Assembly: GCA_963780225.1 (NCBI GenBank)
Contig: CAWAAX010000026.1
Location: 128,001 to 192,000 of the forward strand
Direction of reading: 5' to 3'
Length of the DNA stretch: 64,000 nucleotides
Origin: an uncultured bacterium
GTDB taxonomy: Bacteria > Edwardsbacteria > AC1 > EtOH8
Both the position numbers and the translations under genes were made by a program. This document shows, in pieces, positions 48,274 to 58,227 of this stretch (position 1 is its first letter; each line of letters starts with the position of its first letter). Under the pieces are notes generated by a model. That model was not told the origin of the DNA and ran no database searches. It was given only the letters and a program-made list of their open reading frames with translations.

Positions 48274-49797
48274 ATGCGAGCTATAATTATCGCCATATTT
48301 TGCCTAAGCAGAATAACTGCGGGACTATATGCTGGTTCTAAGGAAGATATGGTAAAAATAACTTCAGCTGGGTATGCCGAGTCCAAGTCCGGCAACCATG
48401 TCAAGGCGCACGATTTATATGTGCGAGCATTACGGTTAGCCTCTAAATATGACTGGCCAACCTATAATGAGTCACAAAGAAACAAGGCTTTGCAGGAATG
48501 CATCGAGAAACATGGCTACGATTGGCAAGGGATCGACGGGCAAAAAATATTGGGCTTGATGCAGGTGTATGCAGCGGTGAAACATTATTTTGCCGGTTTC
48601 ACAATTGTTCCCGAGTTAAATTGGGATGAACTTGTTATTCAGTATATACCACAGGTTATTGAGGCGGAAAGTGCCGAAGAATATTATAAACTGCTGCAAA
48701 CAATAATTGCCAGACTGAGGGACAATCATACACGGGTAGAATTACCGAAAACCATTCAGGATAATATTGATAGACCGGTTATTTCAGTTGAGTTCATCGA
48801 GAATAAATTCGTAATAACAAAAGTTAAGGATAGCCCGGAGATTCAAGAACAAAAATTCAAAGCTGGCGTTGAAATAATAAAGGTTGAAGGAATCCCCGTA
48901 AAGGAGTATTTTGCGAAGAATACATTACCCTATCTGCCGTTATCAAAAGTTCAATGGGAAAGATCGTATAGAGTTAACAATTTATTAGCTGGAGAGAAGA
49001 ATACCAAAGTAAAAATAACAATAGCAGATTTAAACGGCAAGGTACGAGAAATTACGCTTGCGAGAAACTCGGAAATGTATGAGAGTGAGGATAACGTGCC
49101 TGTATTAGAGGCAAAAGAGCTTGAACCGGGCATCGTATATTTTAATTTTAGAGCTTTTTGGCCTTCAGACACAGTGATTCAGAAGTTCGAACTGGAATTT
49201 AATAAACTAGATTTATCAACAACAAGAGGTATGATTTTTGATGTAAGGGAAAATGGCGGCGGCAACTCTTATGTGGGCGATGTGGTCATTTCGCATCTAA
49301 TCGATAAATCTTTAAAAGCTTGGCTGTTTAAAGCCCGTAAAAAGTGGGCAATTAAATCAAATACAAATTTACTTGCAAAAGCATATATATGGCTGATGTC
49401 GCTTAATAAAGAGTGGTTTGAAGAAATAAGTACAATAAAGCCCTCAACCGGGAAACGTTTTTCAGGACCGCTTGTGGTTTTGATTTCAAGGTATACCGGA
49501 AGCGCTGCCGAAGATTTTACCGCGGCCATTCGAGAACGCAAAAGAACAACGATTATTGGAGAAACAACCGCCGGTGGAACAGGGAACGGCATTTGGAGCA
49601 TATTGCCGGGCTATGGAACGCTTAGAGTTTGCATAAATGTCGGGGCCTATGCCAATGGCGAAATATGGCAGGGCGTGGGCATTGATCCCGACATAGCAGT
49701 GCATAAAACTGTTGAGGATGTTCGCCAGGGATCCGATCCTGTTTTAGCAAAGGGGATAGTTGTTCTTAAAGAGGATATGAATAAGGGAATAAAATGA
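48274..49797 (+). CDS. S41-family (tail-specific) peptidase, secreted
   Basis: D.HT, PDZ-like segment, DVRENGGGNS, TGSAAEDF, IGETTAG, GVGIDPD; AT-rich. Confidence 0.85.
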   Translation: MRAIIIAIFCLSRITAGLYAGSKEDMVKITSAGYAESKSGNHVKAHDLYVRALRLASKYDWPTYNESQRNKALQECIEKHGYDWQGIDGQKILGLMQVYAAVKHYFAGFTIVPELNWDELVIQYIPQVIEAESAEEYYKLLQTIIARLRDNHTRVELPKTIQDNIDRPVISVEFIENKFVITKVKDSPEIQEQKFKAGVEIIKVEGIPVKEYFAKNTLPYLPLSKVQWERSYRVNNLLAGEKNTKVKITIADLNGKVREITLARNSEMYESEDNVPVLEAKELEPGIVYFNFRAFWPSDTVIQKFELEFNKLDLSTTRGMIFDVRENGGGNSYVGDVVISHLIDKSLKAWLFKARKKWAIKSNTNLLAKAYIWLMSLNKEWFEEISTIKPSTGKRFSGPLVVLISRYTGSAAEDFTAAIRERKRTTIIGETTAGGTGNGIWSILPGYGTLRVCINVGAYANGEIWQGVGIDPDIAVHKTVEDVRQGSDPVLAKGIVVLKEDMNKGIK

Positions 49798-50025
49798 AAG
49801 CACCCTTTTCTGCCTGGGTTAAACGATGCCGGCAGCTGCGTGGCAAGCGCAAGTTCGACGCGATTGGGGTCAACTAACCTTACCCCGTCCCTCTCCCAAG
49901 GCATTAGGAGCTTATTTGGAAGTTAACGACAGCATGTTGTCATTAAAAAAAATGGTTCCAGCTTGTCCGGGTTAGAATAGGGAATTGTAAAAGTTTAATA
50001 TTTGCAAAAAGATTATCAGAAAATT

Positions 50026-50316
50026 ATGGAAACGACAAAAATCGCTTTATTCAAAGGCAAAAAAATAAGAAAAACACTATTTGAAAATGAATGGTGGTTT
50101 GTGGTGGAAGATGTGGTTTTAGCGTTGACTGACAGCGTGAACATCAAGGATTATATCAATAAAATGCGGGATAGGGATGCAGAATTATCTAAAGGGTATG
50201 GACAAATTGTCCATACCCTTGAAGGAGTTGTACGGGATCGCCTTCAAGGCCATGCAGGCATCCTGCCATGCCAACTGAAGAAAAATCTAAAAAACATCTT
50301 AATCACAAGAACTTAA
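50026..50316 (+). pseudogene. Truncated Bro-N domain (phage antirepressor-like) gene
   Basis: METTKIALFKGKKIRK....EWWFVVEDVV.ALTDS....DYI.KMR.RD.EL; similarity is lost after about 65 aa. Confidence 0.7.
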
Positions 50317-50330
50317 CAAGGAAGCAGAAG

Positions 50331-53300
50331 ATGTCCGAAATAAAAATACAGCTCAACGGCAAAGAAGTTATCTGCGATTCCGGCCAGACCATCCTGCAAG
50401 TGGCAGAAAAGCAGGGCCTGGATATTCCCAACATGTGCCACGACAAAAAGCTGGAGCCGTTCGGCTCCTGCTGGGTCTGTCTGGTGGAGGTGAAAGGGGC
50501 CCGGGGCTTCGTGCCCTCCTGCGCCACCAAGGTCTACGACGGGATGGTGGTGGACATAGACAACCAGAAGATCAGGGCCGCCCGCCAGCTGGCCCTGGAG
50601 CTGCTGCTCTCCAACCACTCCGGCGACTGCATCGCCCCCTGCCAGGCCACCTGCCCGGCCGGCTGCGACGTCCAGGGATACACCGCGCTGATCGCCAACG
50701 GGATGGAGGCCGAGGCCATCAGGCTGATCAAGGACACCCTGCCGCTGCCCGCCAGCTTGGGCCGGGTCTGCCCCCACCCCTGCGAGACCGAGTGCCGCCG
50801 CAACCTGGTGGAGGAGCCGGTGTCCATCTGCTACCTTAAGCGCCGGGCCGCCGACTTCGACCTTAACTCCGGAAAGCCGTATCTTCCCAAGGTCGCCCCC
50901 GAGACCGGCAAAAAGGTGGCGGTGGTGGGGGCCGGGCCGGCCGGCTTGAGCGCGGCCTACTATCTAAGGCAAAAAGGCCACCAGGTCACCATCTTCGAGG
51001 CCCTGCCCAAGCCCGGCGGCTGGCTGCGCTATGGCATTCCCCAGTACCGTTTGCCCAAGGAGGTTTTGGACCAGGAGATCAAGACTATCACCGACCTGGG
51101 GATAGAGATAAAATGCGAGCAGACCCTGAACCAGGATTTCACCATAGACTCTTTGCGGAAATCGTACGACGCCGTCTTCCTGGGCTTCGGGGCCCACGCC
51201 TCCACCAAGATGGGAGTGGAGGGCGAGCAGTCGGACGGGGTCTGGGACGGGATCGGCTTCCTTAAAAAACTGGCGATGGGCCAGGAGATCAAGATCGGCA
51301 AGACCGTGGCGGTGATCGGCGGCGGCAACACCGCCATCGACGCGGCCCGGACCTCGCTGCGGCTGGGGGCCGAGGAGGTAAGCATAGTCTACCGCCGCTC
51401 GGAAAAGGAGATGCCGGCCAACCCCTTCGAGATCGAGGAGGCCCGGCACGAGGGGGTCAAGTTCAAGTTTTTGACCGCGCCCACCAGGGTGATCGCCTGC
51501 ACCCAATCAGAGGGTGGCGGTCTGATCTGCCAGAAGATGGAACTGGGCGAGCCCGACGCCTCGGGCCGGCGCCGTCCCGTGCCCCAGGCCGGTTCTGATT
51601 ACAAGGTGGAGGCCGAGACCATCATCGCGGCCATCGGGCAGGCCCCGGACCTCTCGGTGCTCGGACAGAACCACGGAGTGGAGACCACCAAGTGGTCCAC
51701 CATCAAGACCGACGAGCAGACCGGGGCCACCAGCGTGGCCGGGGTGTTCGCGGCCGGCGACCTGGTGACCGGCGCGGCCACGGTGGTGGAGGCCATCGGC
51801 GGGGCCCACCGGGCGGCCGAAGCCATCCACTCCTACCTGATGACCGGCCAGGCGGCCAAACCGGTCAAGAACTTCAACATCACCAAGGGCAAGATCAACG
51901 AAGTGCCCAAGGAACTTTTCGCCCACATCCCCAAGGCGGCCAAGGCCCAGATGCCGATGCTGCCCATAGCCCAGCGCCGGAACTTTGAGGAAGTGGAAAA
52001 GGGCTTCGTCTCCACCGTGGCCGCCGACGAGGCCCAGCGCTGCCTGGAGTGCGGCTGCGCCGACGTGGTGGAGTGCAAACTGCGGGACTACGCCACCCAG
52101 TACCAGGCTTCGGTCAAGCGCTTCATGGGCGAGGTCAAGATACACCCCATCGACGAGAGCCATCCCTTCCTGGTGCGCGACCAGAGCAAGTGCATCCTGT
52201 GCGGGCGCTGCGTCCGGATGTGCCTGGAGGTGGTGGGGGCCTCGGCCCTGGGCTTCGTCTACCGGGGCTTCGGCACCATCGTGGCCCCGTCGCTGGGGAA
52301 ACCCTTCCCCGAATCCAGCTGCGTGTCCTGCGGGGCCTGCATCGAGACCTGCCCGGTGGGCGCGCTGACCGAGCGTCCCCGCCACCTGAAACCGGCCCCC
52401 TGGGAGATGCCCAAGACCAATTCGGTCTGCACCTTCTGCGGGGTGGGCTGCGGGACCGAGATCCATACCAAGGACAACAAGGCGGTCAAGCTGACCGGCA
52501 ACCAGGAAAGCCCGGCCAGCCAGGGATCGCTTTGCTTCAAGGGCAAGTTCGGGTTCGAGCTGATCCACAGCCAGGAAAGGCTGGCCGCTCCCCTGGTGAA
52601 ACAGGGCAAATCCCATGTCCCGGTGGAATGGAAGAAGGTTTTCAACCTGGTCAACGGGGACATCGACGCCATAGTCAAGAAGCACGGGCCGGAAGCGGTG
52701 GCGGTGCTGGCCTCGGGCCGGACCTCGCTGGAAGAGGCCGAGGGCCTGCGTTCCTGGGCGGCCAAGAAGGGGGTAACCAAATTCTCCAGCCTGGTTTATT
52801 CCGAAGGCCGGGCCCTGGACCAGCTGGAAAAGATACTGGGCGGGCTGAACGGCAAGAGTTACGCCGACCTGGAAAAGGCCCAGGCCATACTACTGGTGGG
52901 CTCCGACCCCTACACCCAGCATCCGGTGTTCGGGCAGATATTAAGGCAGGCGGCCAAAAAGAGCGTGCCGGTCTACATCTTATCGGAAAAACTTGGACCG
53001 TTGGCCGAGATCGCGGCCGGGCAGTTCACTGCCAAGGCCGGCGGGATCTCTTGGGCCTTGAACGGGGCGCTGAAGACACTGACAGCCTCTTCCAACCTGG
53101 CGGGTTTCACTGAATACAAAAAAGGACTGGCCAAGATCACCGGGGCGGCGGCCATCAAGGAAAGCGGGCTGAAGAAGGCCGAACTGGAGCAGCTTTCCCA
53201 GGTCTTAGCGCAGAACAAGAATCTTTTGATCGCCTTCAACGCCGAGCTGATCGACGGCGAGACCGCCAAGGCCATTGGCAACTTCCTGCTGTTGAACGAG

Positions 53301-53849
53301 ACCCCGGAGAACTTCATAGCCCTAAGGGCCAAGGCCAACCTGAACGGGGTGGACCGGTTCGCCACCGTTCCGGCGGCCGAGATCGTCAAACAGATGGAGA
53401 AGGGGGTCATCAAGGCCGCGGTGCTGTGGAACGAGGATCCCCTGGGCTCCCTGCCCGACGGCAAGAAGCTGGGCCAGGCGCTCTCCAAGCTGGAGAAATT
53501 AGTGGTGGCCGATCTGTTCCTGACCGAGACCGCCAAGGCCGCCGACCTTGTGCTCCCCACCTGCGCCTTTGCCGAGCAGGACGGCAGCTTCATCAATTCC
53601 GAGGGGCGGCTGCAGCACTTTAAGCAGGCCATCCAGCCGGTCTGCGGCATGACCTCCAAGCAGATCCTCTCCGAGCTGGGCGGGACGGCCCTGCCGGGAA
53701 TGCCGGCCGAGAAGAAGGGGGCCAAAATGTTCCTGGCGCCGGAGATCAAGAAGACCAAGCCGGCCAAGGAAGGGTTCTCCAGCGATGTGCTGGAGAAGAT
53801 GGTTTGGGAGCTGAAGAAGAAAGAGGGGTTGTTAAAAGAAGGGGAATAA
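50331..53849 (+). CDS. GltD-like/FdhA-like fusion oxidoreductase (StnC-like large subunit)
   Basis: N-terminal 2Fe-2S; APCQATCP, GRVCPHPCE..CRR, GAGPAG, GGGNTAID, YRRS; RCLECGC; KCILCGRC, CVSCGAC; CTFCGVGC..C.KG; shortened molybdopterin-fold tail. Confidence 0.88.
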   Translation: MSEIKIQLNGKEVICDSGQTILQVAEKQGLDIPNMCHDKKLEPFGSCWVCLVEVKGARGFVPSCATKVYDGMVVDIDNQKIRAARQLALELLLSNHSGDCIAPCQATCPAGCDVQGYTALIANGMEAEAIRLIKDTLPLPASLGRVCPHPCETECRRNLVEEPVSICYLKRRAADFDLNSGKPYLPKVAPETGKKVAVVGAGPAGLSAAYYLRQKGHQVTIFEALPKPGGWLRYGIPQYRLPKEVLDQEIKTITDLGIEIKCEQTLNQDFTIDSLRKSYDAVFLGFGAHASTKMGVEGEQSDGVWDGIGFLKKLAMGQEIKIGKTVAVIGGGNTAIDAARTSLRLGAEEVSIVYRRSEKEMPANPFEIEEARHEGVKFKFLTAPTRVIACTQSEGGGLICQKMELGEPDASGRRRPVPQAGSDYKVEAETIIAAIGQAPDLSVLGQNHGVETTKWSTIKTDEQTGATSVAGVFAAGDLVTGAATVVEAIGGAHRAAEAIHSYLMTGQAAKPVKNFNITKGKINEVPKELFAHIPKAAKAQMPMLPIAQRRNFEEVEKGFVSTVAADEAQRCLECGCADVVECKLRDYATQYQASVKRFMGEVKIHPIDESHPFLVRDQSKCILCGRCVRMCLEVVGASALGFVYRGFGTIVAPSLGKPFPESSCVSCGACIETCPVGALTERPRHLKPAPWEMPKTNSVCTFCGVGCGTEIHTKDNKAVKLTGNQESPASQGSLCFKGKFGFELIHSQERLAAPLVKQGKSHVPVEWKKVFNLVNGDIDAIVKKHGPEAVAVLASGRTSLEEAEGLRSWAAKKGVTKFSSLVYSEGRALDQLEKILGGLNGKSYADLEKAQAILLVGSDPYTQHPVFGQILRQAAKKSVPVYILSEKLGPLAEIAAGQFTAKAGGISWALNGALKTLTASSNLAGFTEYKKGLAKITGAAAIKESGLKKAELEQLSQVLAQNKNLLIAFNAELIDGETAKAIGNFLLLNETPENFIALRAKANLNGVDRFATVPAAEIVKQMEKGVIKAAVLWNEDPLGSLPDGKKLGQALSKLEKLVVADLFLTETAKAADLVLPTCAFAEQDGSFINSEGRLQHFKQAIQPVCGMTSKQILSELGGTALPGMPAEKKGAKMFLAPEIKKTKPAKEGFSSDVLEKMVWELKKKEGLLKEGE

Positions 53850-54119
53850 TATTGCCGGAACTCATCCCCCGTCCCCTTCTCTTTATAAGAGAAGGGGAGA
53901 AAGGGGTTGAGTTTTAAAGAAAATAGATGTTTGCAAAGGGCTGGCATTTTATGCCAGCCCCTTTGCATTATTTCGCCCAGGCTATATTTATCCGCCGAAG
54001 CTTTAGCGTAGGAGGAAGGCCTGGGCTATAAATTTATCCCGCCCGGGAATAATCCCGTCTCCCTAAAAGTATATATAAACAGCCAACCAAAAACCAAATT
54101 ACTTTAAGGGAGAAGGAAA

Positions 54120-55994
54120 ATGAAAAAACTTACCCTGATAGCCCTGACAGCGGCCCTGATTCTGAGCTGCTTCAGCTATCTCCAGTCCCAGCAGGCCGGC
54201 AGCCTGGCCGGGTCTGTAACCGATGCCAGGACCGGCCGGGCCGTTTCCGGGGCCGCGGTCAATATCCTGAACACGCAGTTCAGCGCCTTGACCGACAACC
54301 AGGGGAAGTATCTCATGAAAAATGTCCCGGCCGGAAAATATTCCATCCAGGCCTCGGCCGCCGGGTATGATGCCCAGATCAGGAAAAATATCACCGTCAA
54401 GGCCGGTTCAACCATCACTATGGACTTCAAACTCAAAGCCTCTGTTCCGGCCAAGGACGAGAAGAACCGGCTGGTTTACGATATGGCGGCAAAGTGCTGC
54501 GAGCAATCGGCCCCGGCCTGCATGCCGGTTGGCTCTGGCATGGTCTACCGGGGGCAGCCCCAGGATTTCAATACCGAGGAATACTCCAAGATAGAAGAGA
54601 ACGCCTTCAAACAGGTCAAGGCCGACCCGCTCTCCACCTTCTCCATCGACGTGGACCCGGCCAGCTATGCCAACATGCGGCGTTTCATAAGCTCCGAGCA
54701 GATGCCGCCCAAGGACGCCATCAGGATAGAAGAACTGATCAACTATTTCGACTACAGCTACACCCAGCCCGACGACGGCCGCCCCTTTGCGGTCCATACC
54801 GAAGTGGCCGAATGCCCCTGGAACCAGGGCCACCGCCTGGTCCGGATAGGCCTGAAGGGAAAAGAAATAGCGCTGGACAAGCTTCCCCCGACCAATCTGG
54901 TCTTTTTGCTGGACGTCTCCGGCTCGATGCAAAGCCCGGACAAACTACCGCTCTTAAAATCGGCCTTCAAACTTCTGGTCAACCAACTGCGGCCCCAGGA
55001 CCGGGTGGCCATAGCGGTCTATGCCAGCGCCGAGGGGCTGGTACTGCCCTCCACCCCGGGCAGCGACAAGAAGACCATCCTGGAAATGCTGGACAAACTT
55101 GAGGCCGGGGGCTGCACCGCCGGGGCGGCCGGGATCCAATTGGCATACAGGACAGCCAAGGAGAACTTCATCAAGCACGGCAACAACCGGGTGATCCTGG
55201 CCACCGACGGTGATTTCAACGTGGGCGTCTCCTCCACTTCGGAACTGATCCGGATGATCGAGCAGAAGCGGGAGGAAGGCATTTACCTTTCGGTGCTGGG
55301 CTTCGGCACCGGCAACCTGAAGGACTCCAGGATGGAACAGCTGGCCGACAAGGGCAACGGCAACTACGCCTACATCGACAACATCACCGAGGCCCGCAAG
55401 GTGCTGGTCAGCCAGATGGGCGGCACCCTGTTCACCATCGCCAAGGACGTCAAGATCCAGGTGGAGTTCAACCCGGCAAAGGTGAAGGCCTACAAGCTGA
55501 TCGGCTACGAGAACCGGCTGCTGAACAAGGAGGATTTTAACGACGACAAGAAGGACGCCGGCGAGCTGGGCTCGGGCCACACCGTGACCGCTTTGTACGA
55601 GATCATCCCGGCCGGTTCACAGGAAGAGGTTCCGGGGGTGGATCCCCTGAAATACCAGCAGATCAAGGTTTCTCCCAATGCTTCAAAGAGTTCCGAGATG
55701 ATGACGGTGAAACTGCGCTACAAACTGCCGGCCGAGAGCGAAAGCAAGCTGATCTCCAAAGTGATCATGGACCGGAACGGCGAGATGGCGGAAGCTTCTG
55801 AAGATTTCAGATTTGCCGCGGCGGTGGCCGAGTTCGGCCTGCTGATCAGGGATTCCGAGTTCAAGGGCAAGGCGTCCTACGGACAGGCGCTGGCGCTGGC
55901 CCGCGGTGCCAAGGGGCAAGACAAGGAGGGCTACCGGGCCGAGTTCATCAAGCTGGCCGAGACGGCCAAATTGCTGGCGCAGAACCAGGATTAG
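54120..55994 (+). CDS. Secreted VWA-domain protein (YfbK-like) with N-terminal carboxypeptidase-regulatory-like domain
   Basis: PLSTFSIDVD.ASY, RIEELINYF, DVSGSM MIDAS, LATDGDFNVG, GYENR, DFNDD.KDAGE. Confidence 0.9.
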   Translation: MKKLTLIALTAALILSCFSYLQSQQAGSLAGSVTDARTGRAVSGAAVNILNTQFSALTDNQGKYLMKNVPAGKYSIQASAAGYDAQIRKNITVKAGSTITMDFKLKASVPAKDEKNRLVYDMAAKCCEQSAPACMPVGSGMVYRGQPQDFNTEEYSKIEENAFKQVKADPLSTFSIDVDPASYANMRRFISSEQMPPKDAIRIEELINYFDYSYTQPDDGRPFAVHTEVAECPWNQGHRLVRIGLKGKEIALDKLPPTNLVFLLDVSGSMQSPDKLPLLKSAFKLLVNQLRPQDRVAIAVYASAEGLVLPSTPGSDKKTILEMLDKLEAGGCTAGAAGIQLAYRTAKENFIKHGNNRVILATDGDFNVGVSSTSELIRMIEQKREEGIYLSVLGFGTGNLKDSRMEQLADKGNGNYAYIDNITEARKVLVSQMGGTLFTIAKDVKIQVEFNPAKVKAYKLIGYENRLLNKEDFNDDKKDAGELGSGHTVTALYEIIPAGSQEEVPGVDPLKYQQIKVSPNASKSSEMMTVKLRYKLPAESESKLISKVIMDRNGEMAEASEDFRFAAAVAEFGLLIRDSEFKGKASYGQALALARGAKGQDKEGYRAEFIKLAETAKLLAQNQD

Positions 55995-56015
55995 ATAGAC
56001 TCAGGACTTAAGTTA

Positions 56016-56046
56016 AAGGACGGTCATTTTTGACCGTCCTTTTTTT
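56016..56046 (+). terminator. Intrinsic terminator
   Basis: AAAGGACGGTCA-TTTT-TGACCGTCCTTTTTTT. Confidence 0.8.
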
Positions 56047-56115
56047 CTTGACTTTGGCCCGGATTTACGTTATCTTAATTTATCTTTACAATAATATTTT
56101 GAGGTTCCAAAACAG

Positions 56116-57762
56116 GTGAAAATAGCCATTTGCCAATATAACCCGGTGGTGGGAGACATCGACGGAAATCTTGCCAAGATCGCTTCGGCTTTAAAGTCCA
56201 ACGCCAGGCAGAAGCCCGACCTGCTGGTATTTCCCGAGCTGTTCCTGACCGGCTATCCGCCCCGCGATCTGCTGGAGAAGGACTGGTTCCTGAAGAAGAT
56301 CAAGCAGGCGATCAAGGACATTGCCAAGCTGTCGGGCAAGCGGCCGGACATTGGGATACTGATCGGGGCACCGACATTAGTCGTAGAAAAGACTTCCAGC
56401 CGGTTGTATAACTCGGCCCTGCTGATCCACCGGGGCAAGGTGATCTTCACCCAGCACAAAACTTTGCTGCCAACCTATGATGTCTTTGACGAGACCCGCT
56501 ACTTCAAGCCGGCGGAAAAAGTGTCGGTGGTAAACTTCAAAGGCAAAAAGTTGGGGATCTCCATCTGCGAGGACGCCTGGAACGATGCGGCCCTGTGGCC
56601 CAGAGATAAGAAACCGTACACTTTGGATCCAATAAAAACGTTGGCCAAAGCCGGGGCGGAAATATTCATCAACCTTTCGGCCTCGCCGTTCGAGATGGGA
56701 AAAGCTTCCCTCAGGTCCGGCCTTTTTACCCGGCTGGCCAAGAAATACCACAAACCTTTCATTTACGTCAACCAGATAGGCGGCAACGACGAGCTGGTCT
56801 TCGACGGCCGCAGTTTTGCGGTGAACGAAGCAGGTCAAACGGTCCTTACAATGAAGGCATTCGAGGAAGAACTGACAATATTAGACATTGAGCACACGGC
56901 ACTCTCCATTAAATGGCCAAAGCCCGATCCGGCCGGGGATGTCTATCAGGCGCTGGTCCTGGGCCTGCGGGATTACCTCAAGAAGACCGGTTTTCACCAG
57001 GCAGTGATAGGGCTTTCCGGGGGCATTGACTCGGCCCTGGTGGCAGCGATCGCGGCCGAGGCGCTGGGTCCCAAAAACGTGATGGGCATCTCCATGCCCT
57101 CGCCCTATTCTTCCAAAGGCAGCGTGGACGATTCCAGAAAGCTGGCGGAGAACCTGGGGATAGGTTTCAAGGTCATTCCCATCTCAGAACTTTATCAAAA
57201 ATACCTGGCCTCGCTGAAGGCCACGTTCAAGGGCACCAAACCCGGACTGGCCGAGGAGAACATCCAGGCCCGCATCCGGGGGAACATCCTGATGGCCTTC
57301 TCCAACAAGTTTGGGCACATCGTGCTTTCCACCGGCAACAAGAGCGAGATGGCGGTGGGCTACTGTACCCTCTACGGCGACATGAGCGGCGGGCTGTCGG
57401 TGATCTCGGACGTTCCCAAGACTTTGGTCTACAAGATCGCGGAATATGTCAACCGGAAGGGGGAGGTGATCCCCAGGGCCACCATCAAGAAGGCGCCCTC
57501 GGCCGAACTGCGGCCCAACCAGAAAGACCAGGACACCCTGCCGCCCTACCCGGTGCTGGATGCGATCCTGGAGTATCATCTGGAGGATGGCCGGTCGCGG
57601 GAAGAGATAATCAAACGCGGCTACAAACCGGCGGTGGTGGACTGGGTGATCAAGGCAGTAAGAAACAGCGAGTACAAGCGGCGGCAGGCCGCGCCGGGTT
57701 TGAAGGTGACCAGCAAGGCTTTTGGGTCAGGCCGGCGAATGCCGGTGGCGGCGAAGTACTGA
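56116..57762 (+). CDS. nadE: Glutamine-dependent NAD+ synthetase
   Basis: Nitrilase domain FPEL, K..LP.YDVFDE.RYF, ICED; GLSGGIDSA, ENIQARIRG, TGNKSE, GYCTLYGD, PSAELRP. Confidence 0.95.
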   Translation: MKIAICQYNPVVGDIDGNLAKIASALKSNARQKPDLLVFPELFLTGYPPRDLLEKDWFLKKIKQAIKDIAKLSGKRPDIGILIGAPTLVVEKTSSRLYNSALLIHRGKVIFTQHKTLLPTYDVFDETRYFKPAEKVSVVNFKGKKLGISICEDAWNDAALWPRDKKPYTLDPIKTLAKAGAEIFINLSASPFEMGKASLRSGLFTRLAKKYHKPFIYVNQIGGNDELVFDGRSFAVNEAGQTVLTMKAFEEELTILDIEHTALSIKWPKPDPAGDVYQALVLGLRDYLKKTGFHQAVIGLSGGIDSALVAAIAAEALGPKNVMGISMPSPYSSKGSVDDSRKLAENLGIGFKVIPISELYQKYLASLKATFKGTKPGLAEENIQARIRGNILMAFSNKFGHIVLSTGNKSEMAVGYCTLYGDMSGGLSVISDVPKTLVYKIAEYVNRKGEVIPRATIKKAPSAELRPNQKDQDTLPPYPVLDAILEYHLEDGRSREEIIKRGYKPAVVDWVIKAVRNSEYKRRQAAPGLKVTSKAFGSGRRMPVAAKY

Positions 57763-57786
57763 AACAATTTACAAAAGGATAAAGAC

Positions 57787-58188
57787 ATGGAACAAAAATC
57801 CATTCAGGAAGTAATTCAGTTATTTTGTTCTATTTGCTCCAGGGGGGTTATAGTACGTAACGAGTCGATGTATAAATGCAAAAAATGCGGCAAGGAGGTT
57901 TGCCAGATGTGCTTTGATCGTCAAGCCAGACTCTGCACAGATTGTACTTCCGAAGAAAAAAAGGAGAGTGCCAATATTGAATACAAACCGGTCAAGGTGG
58001 AGGTGACGGAGCTACCGAGAAAACAAAACCGGAAAAGGGGCTTGTTGTTTGTGATATCCGGGATGGTGGTAATTATCGCAGCCTTTCTGGTGGGAGCAAT
58101 GGTCAATCTGCATTCGGCGTTGGTTGGAGTGTTGGAATTACTGGGTTTTGCGTTATTCATCAAAGGTTTTATAATAATCAAAGATTAA
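57787..58188 (+). CDS. Hypothetical zinc-finger membrane protein
   Basis: Four CxxC pairs followed by two C-terminal TM helices. Confidence 0.65.
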   Translation: MEQKSIQEVIQLFCSICSRGVIVRNESMYKCKKCGKEVCQMCFDRQARLCTDCTSEEKKESANIEYKPVKVEVTELPRKQNRKRGLLFVISGMVVIIAAFLVGAMVNLHSALVGVLELLGFALFIKGFIIIKD

Positions 58189-58227
58189 GATCAAATAAGT
58201 TAGTATCGCCAAATTAAGGAGAATATC

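Noticed and set aside
50026..50316. Prophage inferred from the Bro-N fragment and the XRE regulator
   Set aside because: No integrase, structural, replication or lysis genes anywhere in the window.
50331..53849. [FeFe]-hydrogenase or formate dehydrogenase catalytic subunit
   Set aside because: No H-cluster motifs (TSCCP, MPC..K..E, MAC..GC), no in-frame TGA/Sec and no evident Mo-ligand Cys.
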